Source: Chlorobiota bacterium
Lineage (GTDB): Bacteria > Bacteroidota > Ignavibacteria > OLB7
Direction: 5' to 3'
DNA: 64,000 nucleotides
Assembly: GCA_028287785.1 (NCBI GenBank)
Contig: JAQBOZ010000007.1
Location: forward strand, 271,393-335,392
Shown: piece after piece, positions 48,637 to 58,141 of the stretch
Layout: each line of letters begins with the position of its first letter
Numbering within the stretch: the stretch's first letter is position 1
The notes under the pieces: model-generated
Database searches by the model: none
Told to the model about the DNA's origin: nothing
Seen by the model: only the letters and a program-made list of their open reading frames with translations
Program-made: the position numbers and the translations under genes

Positions 48637-49806
48637 ATGGATCGCCCCCTGAAGATAGCATTCGTCCATCCCGGCAACGCGCGCGATGTGCGGACCTGGT
48701 CAGGGACACTCTACTTTTCCAAAGCCTCGATCGAGCGGCATATCGGCACCGTGACCGATCTTACCCCGGCGCCCATCCGGCTGTTCCCCTATCAGGCGGC
48801 CCGGAAGCTGGTTCGCTCGATCTCCGGCAGGAACTACAGCTTCCACCACGATATGTCGCTCGCCCGCCGCTACGGGCGCTACTTCAGCAAACTTCTCGCG
48901 CGCGACCGGTACGATCTGATCTTCTGTCCGGGGGGAGCAAACACGCTCGCCTTCCTGGAAACCGATGTGCCGATCATCTACTACTCCGACGCAACGTGGC
49001 GCTCCGTCCGGAATTTCTACTCCGACTACACCAATGTGATCTCCCGGACCGCGCGCGGCGGCGACGAGCTGGAGCGGCTGACGCTGGAGCGATCATCGAT
49101 CATCCTCTATCCCTCCTACTGGGCGGCCGCGTCGGCGACCGAGGATTACGGGATCGATCCCGGCAGAGTCCATGTCACGTTCCTGGGGGCCAACCTCATC
49201 AACCCGCCGGCGCGGGAGGCGGTGCTCCCCAGGAAGATCGGAACGCCGATCCGGCTTCTGATGGTCGGCGTATCGTGGGAGATCAAGGGGGGGGCGATTG
49301 CCCGCGAAGCCCTGGTCAGGCTCCTGGAGATGGGGCTGGATGCCGGGCTGACGGTGGTGGGATGCACCGCACCGGCCGGCGCGGAGCACCCGAGGATGAC
49401 GGTGATTCCATTCCTCAACAAGCAGATCCCCGAGGAGCGGGGGCTGTTCGAGCGGCTCTGGCAGGAGGCTGATTTCTTTATCCTTCCCACCCGGTTCGAG
49501 GCTGCCGGCCTTGTCTTCTGCGAGGCATCAGCCTACGCCCTTCCCGCCATCACGACCGATATCGGCGGGATTCCCTCGCTGGTGCGGGAGGGGAGAAACG
49601 GTCATACGCTGCCGCTGGAAGCCGGTGGCGGGCGGTACGCGGAGGTGATCGCGGAGATCGCCCGCGATCCGGAGCGCTACCAGGCGCTCTGCCGCAGCAG
49701 CCGGGAGGAGTTCGAAACGCGCCTGAACTGGGATGCCTGGGGGAAAAGCCTGGCGGCGATTATCGGGGATACTTTCCCCGCATTCCGCGGACGGCTCCCC
49801 GATTGA
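48637..49806 (+). CDS. family 4 (GT-B) glycosyltransferase
   Basis: C-terminal EX7E-type motif region (...FFILPTRFEAAGLVFCEASAYALPAITTDIGGIPSLV...). Confidence 0.8.
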   Translation: MDRPLKIAFVHPGNARDVRTWSGTLYFSKASIERHIGTVTDLTPAPIRLFPYQAARKLVRSISGRNYSFHHDMSLARRYGRYFSKLLARDRYDLIFCPGGANTLAFLETDVPIIYYSDATWRSVRNFYSDYTNVISRTARGGDELERLTLERSSIILYPSYWAAASATEDYGIDPGRVHVTFLGANLINPPAREAVLPRKIGTPIRLLMVGVSWEIKGGAIAREALVRLLEMGLDAGLTVVGCTAPAGAEHPRMTVIPFLNKQIPEERGLFERLWQEADFFILPTRFEAAGLVFCEASAYALPAITTDIGGIPSLVREGRNGHTLPLEAGGGRYAEVIAEIARDPERYQALCRSSREEFETRLNWDAWGKSLAAIIGDTFPAFRGRLPD

Positions 49807-49877
49807 AGAAAATTACAATCTGAGATTGCTCGGTGGAGGTGAAAGACCTATGTTTGTAGCCCTGTTTCGGTACATAT

Positions 49878-49952
49878 GGCGGGTATAGCTCAGTTGGTTA
49901 GAGCGCCTGATTGTGGCTCAGGAGGTCGTGGGTTCAAGTCCCATTACTCGCC
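49878..49952 (+). tRNA. tRNA-His(GTG): tRNA-His (anticodon GTG) with encoded G-1
   Basis: Hand fold: G-1, acceptor GCGGGTA/TACTCGC, D-arm GCTC-AGTTGGTTA-GAGC, anticodon stem CCTGA/TCAGG with loop TTGTGGC, T-arm GTGGG-TTCAAGT-CCCAT, discriminator C. Confidence 0.85.
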
Positions 49953-49962
49953 CGAACGAATC

Positions 49963-50005
49963 TGAAGCGCATCCCGATGAATGGTCGGTGATGCGCTTTT
50001 TTTTG
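49963..50005 (+). terminator. rho-independent terminator of tRNA-His
   Basis: AGCGCATC-(17-nt loop)-GATGCGCT followed by TTTTTTTT. Confidence 0.75.
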
Positions 50006-50196
50006 TGAGATGCCGACCCGGTTCAATCACCGCGTCTCCGCTTTGGCCGGCATGCGGCCGGGCCACCCGGCCACAGCTCCATCGCTCGTTTCCCTCAGCT
50101 TCCGTTTCCCGTCAGAGTCGGCTACGGATGGCCGCCAGGCCGCTGATCGAGGCCCTTCCAGGGCATTTTGCTCCATAACTCTCAAGGCCCCTTCTC

Positions 50197-51651
50197 ATGG
50201 TTCGTGTTCGCTTTGCTCCGTCGCCCACAGGCATGCTCCACGTTGGCAGCCTCCGTTCCGGCCTCTACAACTACCTCTTCGCGCGCCATCTCGGCGGCAC
50301 CTGCATCCTCCGCATCGAGGATACGGATCAGACGCGGTACGTGGAAGGGGCGGAACAGAACATCTTCGAGATGTTCCGGTGGACCGGCATCGAGTTCGAT
50401 GAGGGGCCGCACGTGGGAGGGCCGCACGGGCCGTACCGTCAGTCCGAGCGCACCGATATCTACAGGGTCCACGCGCAGATGCTGCTGGATCGCGGCACCG
50501 CCTATTACGCGTTCGATACCGCCGAGGAGCTGGACCGGATGCGCGAGCGACAGAAGGCGGCCGGCGTCGCCCCGAAGTATGACCGCACCTCGATGCGGAA
50601 CCAGTTCACGCTCGGCGAGGAGGAGACGCGACGCCTTATCGATTCGGGGACGCCCTGGACCATCCGGCTCTTTGTGCCGCTGACCGGCGAGACCCGTACC
50701 AGCGACCTTGTCCGCGGCGAGAGCGTCTTCCCGAACAAGACCATCGATGACCAGATCCTCCTGAAATCCGATGGCTACCCGACCTATCATCTCGCCAACA
50801 TCGTGGATGATCATCTGATGGAGATCACCCATGTGATCCGGGGGGAAGAGTGGCTTCCATCGCTTCCCAAGCATGTTATCCTCTACGATGCGTTCGGCTG
50901 GGAGAAGCCGCAGTTCGCCCATCTCCCGCTCCTGCTGGGGCCAACCCGCAAGAAGCTCTCGAAGCGTGATGGCGATGTCTCCGTGGCGGAATATCTCCAG
51001 AAGGGCTATCTCCCGGAGGCGCTCGTCAACTTCGTGGCGCTGCTTGGGTGGAACCCGACCGCGGATCGCGAGATCTTCACGGTGGAGGAGATGATCGCGA
51101 TGTTCGAGCTGGAGAAGGTGAACAAGGCGGGGGCGATCTTCGATCTTGAAAAGCTCAACTGGATGAACGGCATGTACCTCCGCCAGATGCCGATCGAGCG
51201 CCTGGCCGGCGATGTGCTGCCGATACTCGCCAGAGCGGGATTCGGGAATGTGGAGATGATCTATGCCGAGGCGGTGGTCGATCTGATCAAGGAGAGGATC
51301 ACCACGCTGAACGATATCCCGACCTTCGCCGACTACATGTTCGGGCCGATCCGGTGCATCGATTTCGCCTACGCGCAGAAGCACTGGAAGGCCGGGACAC
51401 AGGAGCAGGTCGCGGAGATGGCGGGCCGGTTTGCCAGGCTGAACCCCGCCGAGTGGACCGTGTCGATGATCGAGGGGGTGGTGCGCGGCTACGCCGAGGA
51501 GCTTGGCCTCTCCGCCGGAAAGCTGATCCATCCTCTCCGCCTGGCGATCACCGGCAGGCAGGTGGGCGCCGGGATGTTCGAGACGATGGTGGTGCTGGGA
51601 CAGGGGACATCGATCACGCGGCTGCGGGAGTTTACCGGGCCGGCGGTATAG
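50197..51651 (+). CDS. gltX: glutamate--tRNA ligase
   Basis: HIGH region (PSPTGMLHVG), KMSKS-like KLSKR, anticodon-binding C-terminus; 484 aa. Confidence 0.9.
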   Translation: MVRVRFAPSPTGMLHVGSLRSGLYNYLFARHLGGTCILRIEDTDQTRYVEGAEQNIFEMFRWTGIEFDEGPHVGGPHGPYRQSERTDIYRVHAQMLLDRGTAYYAFDTAEELDRMRERQKAAGVAPKYDRTSMRNQFTLGEEETRRLIDSGTPWTIRLFVPLTGETRTSDLVRGESVFPNKTIDDQILLKSDGYPTYHLANIVDDHLMEITHVIRGEEWLPSLPKHVILYDAFGWEKPQFAHLPLLLGPTRKKLSKRDGDVSVAEYLQKGYLPEALVNFVALLGWNPTADREIFTVEEMIAMFELEKVNKAGAIFDLEKLNWMNGMYLRQMPIERLAGDVLPILARAGFGNVEMIYAEAVVDLIKERITTLNDIPTFADYMFGPIRCIDFAYAQKHWKAGTQEQVAEMAGRFARLNPAEWTVSMIEGVVRGYAEELGLSAGKLIHPLRLAITGRQVGAGMFETMVVLGQGTSITRLREFTGPAV

Positions 51652-51786
51652 CAGACTGTTGAAGGACGACATCTGCGGCGTTGGCCTTCACCGTTCGCTC
51701 ACTGCGGCGTCCGTGAGCTCAGGTTCGGCCGCCTTGCATCTGATCGCCTTGAAGGGTCTGAGCGCTGAAAGCACTTCAACAGTCTG
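51652..51786 (+). mobile_element. MITE-like element family B, copy 2
   Basis: Perfect 13-bp terminal inverted repeats CAGACTGTTGAAG...CTTCAACAGTCTG. It begins on the base after the gltX TAG stop and is followed by a CGGCGGCG/CGCCGCCG hairpin. Confidence 0.6.
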
Positions 51787-51860
51787 ATACGGCGGCGACC
51801 GCCCATGCGAGCGCCGCCGCTTGTGAAGACTGGATTTTTGACTACGGACCAACTCCTCCG

Positions 51861-52766
51861 ATGCAAACCACATTCAATACGAAGCTCGTCGGCGTGCTCT
51901 GTCACCCCGTCGGCGAGAACCTGATCCATCAGATGATCTCCACCGCCTGCGAGATCGCCGGGGCCGACGTATCCTGCCTCCTCTTCGACGCGCAGGTGCG
52001 GGAGCTTGCCACCCCGGTCGCCGCGCTTCGCGCGCTCGGCGCCAGCGGCGTCTACCTGGACACCCGTCTTCGTGGCGCCGCCGCGGGGCTGGTGGACTAT
52101 CTTTCCGACGAGGCCCACGGCGCCGGCGTGATCAACACGATGGTCTTCGACGGCGACCAGGCGACGGGTCACAACACGGAGGCCAGGGCGATCGTAAAGG
52201 TGCTGGAGCCGTACAAGGATATCTTCGGCAACGGCAGCGCGGTGATCCTCGGCGGCGGCGCCATGGCCCGCTCGGCCGCCTACGCGGTGGTCCGCCATTT
52301 CCGCCTGAAGCATGTCGCCATCGCCAACCGCACGCCGCAGCAGGCGCAGATCCTGAAGCAACTGCTCAGCGGCACCAAGACCACATCGGTGATCGAGGCA
52401 TACGAGCTGTTCCCTCCGGATCTGGCGCAGACCCTGGCGGAGTCGCGGCTGATTATCAACGCCACCCCGCTCGGCTCCTATCCGAATGTGGAGGAGACGC
52501 CGATCACGATCCCCGAGATCTTCCACGATCGCCAGATTGTCCTGGACACCAACTTCAGCCCCGCATTCACCCGGATGCTCACCGATGCCGCCGGCGGCGG
52601 CGCCACGACGATCAGCGGCGTGGAGGTGCTGATCGAGCAGGTCCGCGAGGCCTACGAGCTGCTGACCCGGTCGACCTTCCCGCTCGAACAGATCAGGGAT
52701 CTGCTGGTGACGAACGCCGGGGAAAACGGCGCCGCGGAGAGCGCCGGCGATGAAACCGCCGGGTGA
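51861..52766 (+). CDS. aroE: shikimate dehydrogenase
   Basis: Shikimate-binding N-domain and NADP Rossmann motif (ILGGGAMARSAAYAV); 301 aa. Confidence 0.8.
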   Translation: MQTTFNTKLVGVLCHPVGENLIHQMISTACEIAGADVSCLLFDAQVRELATPVAALRALGASGVYLDTRLRGAAAGLVDYLSDEAHGAGVINTMVFDGDQATGHNTEARAIVKVLEPYKDIFGNGSAVILGGGAMARSAAYAVVRHFRLKHVAIANRTPQQAQILKQLLSGTKTTSVIEAYELFPPDLAQTLAESRLIINATPLGSYPNVEETPITIPEIFHDRQIVLDTNFSPAFTRMLTDAAGGGATTISGVEVLIEQVREAYELLTRSTFPLEQIRDLLVTNAGENGAAESAGDETAG

Positions 52767-52985
52767 TGACATGATGAAGCCGGAGCGCATCCCTTGCGGC
52801 GCGCCCCGGCTTCGCCTGGAACTGATCGCTATTTGAAGAGCGGCAGCACCTCGTCATTCAGCGTGGTTTCAAGGTTCTGCACCGCGGTCATCGCCCCCGC
52901 AATCGACGCCTTGCTCCCGCCGTGGGTTTCCATCACCGCCTCGCCGAACGATGGCTGGATAGCCATCACCCGCCGCACCGATTCA

Positions 52986-54011
52986 TCAAGCTGCGCGGAC
53001 CTTTGCATCCAGACCGGGATTTTGCTTCACCACCAGACTGCTGATGCCCAGGCCGACGACCGGCATGTTCCGCTCGCGATATTCACCCGTGTACCATGCC
53101 CTGAGCCCCTCCAGGTTTGCGAGGAAATCCGCCTTCGTCGTGCCGCTGAACCGCGACTCCTCGAAGGCCTTGTCCGAGCTGTGATAGGGGATGCCCATCT
53201 TCGAATTGGCAACTTCGTAGGTGAGCGTGATCGCGTTGCTGGTGACATCCTTCAATGCGGACAGCGCTGACAGATAGGGGCTTCCAGGCTGGCCGGCATG
53301 ACAGAGCTGCCATGCAAATGCCGTGCTGTCGCCGGCCATCGTTCCCTGCCATGCGGTCCTGAGCCTGGCCGTGCTGCCGTGCAGCATTGCCGATGCAGCA
53401 ATCAGATAATCGTATTCACTGCCGGTGATCTGCTCGACCTTCTTCTGTCCGTCCAATCCCCACAGCAGATACTCGATCGCATGAAATCCCCTGGCCGTTC
53501 CCTCCTCCTGGGCGAGCGTTGCCATATCGATCCCATCGTTGTCCTGGAGGATGCTCTCGATCGTGTTGAGGTCCGCCGGCCAGCTATCGATGTCGGGATC
53601 GGTACCCTGGTTCTTGGCGGGCCCCACCAACCCCATCTCGAAGAACTCCCACGGCCTTCGCGCCAGCTTCCATGCCTCCCTGGCCGCCTCCAGGCTGCTC
53701 GCCGTTCTCGCCGACTTCAGGTCGGAGATCCTGTCGGCAAGCGCGCCGGCGTATGTGTCGAGATCGACCGTGGCGGAAACGTAGACGTTCTCCGAGAGCT
53801 GGCAGAGAACATCCCGCATGGCATTATCGCTCACCGTCCGCACCGAATCAACGCGATGGAGCGAATCGGCGCGATGGAGTGAATCGGCACGGCGGAGCGA
53901 ATCGGCAAGGAGCGCGGCCTTGTCGACCCCGGTTGGATTGCTGCAACCAGCCGAGGCGATCGCCATGAGCGCGATCGTCAGCATGAACTGTATGATGAGG
54001 GAGATTTTCAT
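52986..54011 (-). CDS. imelysin-family (peptidase M75/IrpA-like) lipoprotein with N-terminal tandem repeat
   Basis: Lipobox ASAGC; conserved imelysin HxxE-like region (GFHAIEYLLWG); N-terminal (R)ADSLH pentapeptide x3 encoded by 15-bp tandem DNA repeats at ~53818-53900. Confidence 0.7.
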   Translation of the reverse strand: MKISLIIQFMLTIALMAIASAGCSNPTGVDKAALLADSLRRADSLHRADSLHRVDSVRTVSDNAMRDVLCQLSENVYVSATVDLDTYAGALADRISDLKSARTASSLEAAREAWKLARRPWEFFEMGLVGPAKNQGTDPDIDSWPADLNTIESILQDNDGIDMATLAQEEGTARGFHAIEYLLWGLDGQKKVEQITGSEYDYLIAASAMLHGSTARLRTAWQGTMAGDSTAFAWQLCHAGQPGSPYLSALSALKDVTSNAITLTYEVANSKMGIPYHSSDKAFEESRFSGTTKADFLANLEGLRAWYTGEYRERNMPVVGLGISSLVVKQNPGLDAKVRAA

Positions 54012-54169
54012 GTGCCAGCCCGGTAGATGAAATTGTGTGACGGGAATTGCGTTGAGCATTGGAAGATACTGGGAAAGACCCCGGCGCATACAAAAAGTGT
54101 CGCCCCCCTGGCTCCCCCGATCCGATTATCTCCTTCCCATATCGCCGACGCTCCGGTAACTTCATCGGC

Positions 54170-54916
54170 ATGAACAACCTTACTCCCGGCGAACCTGAAC
54201 CAACCCGCGGCATCGTGGTGATCATCTCCGCGAACGCCGAATGGAATGTGATGCGCGCCATCCACCCGGCGGCGGAGATGCGGCGGACGCCGTTCGGCGA
54301 ATGGTTTGTTCGTGAGATGGAGATCGGCGAGGAACGGCGGCCGGTGACGTTCGTTCACGGCGGCTGGGGGAAGATCGCGGCGGCGGCATCGGCGCAGCAT
54401 GCGATAGACAGGTTCCGGCCGGAACTGCTGGTGAATATCGGAACGTGCGGCGGCTTCGCCGGATTGATCGAGCGGGGAACGGTGGTGGTGGCGGAGCGGA
54501 CCGTGGTGTACGATATCATCGAGATGATGGGAGATCAGGAGGAGGCGACGGCCCATTACATGACGGAGATCGACCTCTCCTGGCTCGGCGAATCCCTCCC
54601 GACCGAGGCGCTGCGTACCCTCCTCGTCTCCGCCGATCGCGATCTGATGATGAACGAGCTTCCCGATCTCCGCGCCCGCTACAACGCCGTCGCCGGCGAC
54701 TGGGAATCGGGGGCGATAGCATGGGTCGCGGCCCGCAACGGCGTCCGGCCGCTGATCCTCCGAAGCGTCTCCGATCTGGTCGGCGATGGCGGAGGTGACG
54801 CCTACGGCCGCATCGACGTCTTTCATGAGAGCACCAGGGAGGTGATGGCCCATCTGCTTGCGATCCTTCCACGGTGGATCGCGGCGGCCATGCGCTCCCG
54901 CGTCACAACCCGCTGA
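54170..54916 (+). CDS. purine nucleoside phosphorylase-family enzyme (MTA/SAH-nucleosidase / futalosine-hydrolase-like)
   Basis: PNP_UDP_1 fold motifs (GIVVIISANAEWN, NIGTCGGF, SVSDLVGDGG). Start taken at MNNLTPGE to leave a promoter gap to the divergent imelysin gene. Confidence 0.7.
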   Translation: MNNLTPGEPEPTRGIVVIISANAEWNVMRAIHPAAEMRRTPFGEWFVREMEIGEERRPVTFVHGGWGKIAAAASAQHAIDRFRPELLVNIGTCGGFAGLIERGTVVVAERTVVYDIIEMMGDQEEATAHYMTEIDLSWLGESLPTEALRTLLVSADRDLMMNELPDLRARYNAVAGDWESGAIAWVAARNGVRPLILRSVSDLVGDGGGDAYGRIDVFHESTREVMAHLLAILPRWIAAAMRSRVTTR

Positions 54917-54987
54917 CCGGGCGGCCGGCAATCGGCTGGAACGAGTGCCGGGATCATCCCGGAAACGCGATCATATCCTGAAAGCCC

Positions 54988-57948
54988 ATGCACGTTGTTC
55001 GCTACCTGGCCCTCCTCTGGCTCCTCCCCATCGCGGCCCTGGCCCAGGGCTCGAACATGGTTTCCAATCCCGGCTTTATCGGCACCTATGGAACCGGCAT
55101 CGGCCCCGATAATATCCCCCCGTGGCTCCCCGCCTGCGGCACCCCTGACGCGCGCGCCGGCAACGGCTGTTCCGATACCGGCTATATCGCGATGTGGGGG
55201 AACAAGTTCGTCGGGGAGGCGATCAAGGAAAAGCTGTTCATCCGCATCAGGAAGGACAGCCTCTACACCTGCTCCCTCTGCATGCGCGCCAGCCCCGATG
55301 TCGGCAGGTACTTCCGCGCCCGCGTCGTGGCGTTCAGCACCACTCCCCGGTTCGACAATTTCCACTGGGATATTCAGGAGCCGCAGGTTGCCCTGATCGG
55401 ATCGGCCGGCACCGCCAGCCTGAACTGGCGCACCCTCACATTTCCACCGTGGAAGGCGCCGGCTGACTACGACAGCATCGCGATCAACGTCGAGAACGAT
55501 TCCGCCGACTACACCAACCCGGCCACCGTATCGTGGGGGAATATCGACGGGGTGAATCTGGAGAAGGTGTCGAAGTGCATCCTGTCGGTGGACTCGTTCA
55601 CCGTCCGCTGCAACGGCTTCGATCAGCAGGGACACCGGCTCTACCTCTACTCGGTAAACGCGAGAAGCGATATCGATGGCTTTATCGTCGCATCCACGCC
55701 GAACGGACAGGCGACCATCTCCCAGAACACGATCCCCGCGGCCACGGAGGTGAACATCACCGGCACGATCACCGGCACCAGCGGGACAAATGATCCGCTC
55801 TGCCTCTACGTTTCCCTTATCACCGGAAACGGCCTCCTCTGCCGCGATTCCATCTGCATCCCCTCGCCACTGCCGGCGCCCCTCAACAGCCGCGACACGA
55901 TCTGCACCGGCGGAGCCATCACGCTCGATGCGCCCGACGGGATCGCCTGGCGCTGGAGGCCGGCCACGGGACTGAGCTGCGCGGACTGCCAGCACCCGAC
56001 GGCATCGCCCGATGTCTCGACCAGGTATCTGGTGGAAACCACCGGCCGGCAGGGATGCGTCTCGGTCGATACCGCCGATCTCCAGGTGGCCCCGCTGCCG
56101 GTCATCACCGCCGGAACCAAGGTGACGATATGCCTGGGAGGAAGCACGGAGTTGTTGGTATCCGGCGGGGCAGCCTATCGCTGGAGCCCGGCGACGGGAT
56201 TGAGCTGCACGACGTGCCCCAACCCCATCGCCTCACCGACCGAGCCGACGGTGTACACGGTAACGGTGACAAGCGCCGCCGGCTGCTCCGCGAACGCCTC
56301 GATAACCGTGTTGATCGATTCCGCGACGGCGATGATCCGATCGATTTCGAGGGATACCACCATCTGCGCCGGAGAGGGCGCGCACCTCATCGCGAGCGGC
56401 GCCGATCGCTATCAGTGGTCCCCCGCCACCGGGTTGGGCTGCGTCGACTGCGCCGATCCGATCGCGTCGCCGGCCGTCACGACCCGATATACCTGCACGT
56501 TCATCAGCGTCGCCGGCTGCTCCGCGCGGGATTCCGTGCTGGTGACCGTGGCGCCACCGCCGGCCGCGGACGCCGGGGCCGATACAACCATCTGCGCCGG
56601 AGGAGAAGCGGCGCTGAGCGGGTCCGGCGGCACCGGATACAACTGGTCCCCCGCCGATGCAATCAGTTGCACCGACTGTAGAAATCCGGTGGCCCGCCCC
56701 CTGATCACAACCACCTATACACTCCGCGTGACAAACGCGGCAGGCTGCTCCGCGACCGACTCCGTTACCGTGCATGTCCTCCCCCTCCCCTCCGCCGACG
56801 CCGGCCCCGATGTCGCGGCCTGCCCCGGAGAGAGCATCACCCTCTCGGCATCGGGCGGAACAACGTATGCCTGGTCCCCCGCCGAAGGGCTCAGCTGCGC
56901 CGACTGTCAAAGCCCGGTCGCCACGCCGTTGCGGACGACGGTCTATCATCTGACGGCAATCAACGCCGCCGGCTGTGCCGCAACCGACAGTGTTACGGTA
57001 AACCTCCGCGCGGCTCCGACGGTGACCGCTTCCGGCGATACCGATATCTGCCCGGCCCGCCCGGCCCGGCTCCATGCGTCGGGCGCGTCGGTCTACCGCT
57101 GGAGACCGGCCACCGCCCTTTCCTGTACGGACTGCCCCGATCCCGTGGCAACGCCGCTGGTCACCACCACCTATGTGGTTTCGGGGACCGACGCTCATGG
57201 CTGCACCGGGGAGGACACGGTGATCATCCGCGTCGGCGATGGAACGCGAACCATCACGGCGCATATCGATCGCGACCACCACCTTCTGCCGGGAAGCATC
57301 ATCGCGATTCCCATCATCCTGGATTCCGCGGCGGACGGCGCGGCAACGCTGGAGATCGCGCTGGGTTACGAACGACGCTTCCTCCGCCTCAAACGGATTT
57401 CGACCGATGGAACGCTCCTCGACGGATGGGCCATCACCACCCTGACCGATTCGCTCGGCGCCGTCCGCGTCAGGCTGGATGCCCCACCGGGACGCACGCT
57501 GCGGGGACGGGGAACGCTGGCGACGATCGATCTGGCGGGCTATCTGGCCGATACGGTGGAATCGGAACTGCCGTTCAGCATCACCCTCCCGGCCGGCTCG
57601 TGCGATCGCATCACCGCGCTGCCGGGGCATATCAGGATCGATTCGATCTGCGGGCTGAACCTCCGGCTGATCCGTGTGACCGTCGGCAACTACTCCCTCG
57701 CGGGAAATCGCCCCAACCCCTTCAACCCATCCACCGAGATATCCTTCTCGCTCGGCCTTGACGGGCCCACAACGCTGGCGATCTACGACGCCGCCGGCAA
57801 TGCCATCACCACCCTCATCGACACCTGGCTCCGGCCCGGAAGCTACACCGTCGCGTGGGATGCCTCCGGGCAGCCCTCCGGCATCTACTACTACAGGATG
57901 ACCTCCGGCGCCTGGAGCGGCCAGGGAAGGATGCTGCTTGTGAAATAA
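54988..57948 (+). CDS. large secreted protein with 8 tandem ~47-aa Cys-containing Ig-like repeats and T9SS C-terminal sorting domain
   Basis: Signal peptide; repeat consensus ICxGxxxxLxASGGxxYxWSPAxGLSCxDCxxPxAxPxxTTxYxVTxxxxxGCxxxDSVxVxV spanning ~55880-57240; C-terminal ...GNRPNPFNPSTEISFSL...GIYYYRMTSGAWSGQGRMLLVK. Confidence 0.75.
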   Translation: MHVVRYLALLWLLPIAALAQGSNMVSNPGFIGTYGTGIGPDNIPPWLPACGTPDARAGNGCSDTGYIAMWGNKFVGEAIKEKLFIRIRKDSLYTCSLCMRASPDVGRYFRARVVAFSTTPRFDNFHWDIQEPQVALIGSAGTASLNWRTLTFPPWKAPADYDSIAINVENDSADYTNPATVSWGNIDGVNLEKVSKCILSVDSFTVRCNGFDQQGHRLYLYSVNARSDIDGFIVASTPNGQATISQNTIPAATEVNITGTITGTSGTNDPLCLYVSLITGNGLLCRDSICIPSPLPAPLNSRDTICTGGAITLDAPDGIAWRWRPATGLSCADCQHPTASPDVSTRYLVETTGRQGCVSVDTADLQVAPLPVITAGTKVTICLGGSTELLVSGGAAYRWSPATGLSCTTCPNPIASPTEPTVYTVTVTSAAGCSANASITVLIDSATAMIRSISRDTTICAGEGAHLIASGADRYQWSPATGLGCVDCADPIASPAVTTRYTCTFISVAGCSARDSVLVTVAPPPAADAGADTTICAGGEAALSGSGGTGYNWSPADAISCTDCRNPVARPLITTTYTLRVTNAAGCSATDSVTVHVLPLPSADAGPDVAACPGESITLSASGGTTYAWSPAEGLSCADCQSPVATPLRTTVYHLTAINAAGCAATDSVTVNLRAAPTVTASGDTDICPARPARLHASGASVYRWRPATALSCTDCPDPVATPLVTTTYVVSGTDAHGCTGEDTVIIRVGDGTRTITAHIDRDHHLLPGSIIAIPIILDSAADGAATLEIALGYERRFLRLKRISTDGTLLDGWAITTLTDSLGAVRVRLDAPPGRTLRGRGTLATIDLAGYLADTVESELPFSITLPAGSCDRITALPGHIRIDSICGLNLRLIRVTVGNYSLAGNRPNPFNPSTEISFSLGLDGPTTLAIYDAAGNAITTLIDTWLRPGSYTVAWDASGQPSGIYYYRMTSGAWSGQGRMLLVK

Positions 57949-58141
57949 TCTCTTCAGTCTCGTGATGAATTGCAGTGATCGTGTGTCCTGATCCCCATGG
58001 GCCGCGTTTCCCGCGCGTCCCACGGCGGACCGGCCCGTGCGCCGTAACGTTCCGCCCGTGGAATCATTCCTGGCTATGACCGGCGAACGCCATCGGTCAG
58101 GAACGGCTCCCCGCCGCGGCACTCTCAATTCATCCGAGGCA

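Noticed and set aside
49840-49877. Bacteroidota-type promoter motif TAnnTTTG (TATGTTTG at 49855) upstream of tRNA-His and TATCTTTG at 36206 upstream of sucC
   Set aside because: Spacing to the tRNA 5' end (23 nt) and to sucC (~185 nt) does not fit a -7 element cleanly. Without knowing the lineage's sigma-factor consensus this is too weak to annotate.
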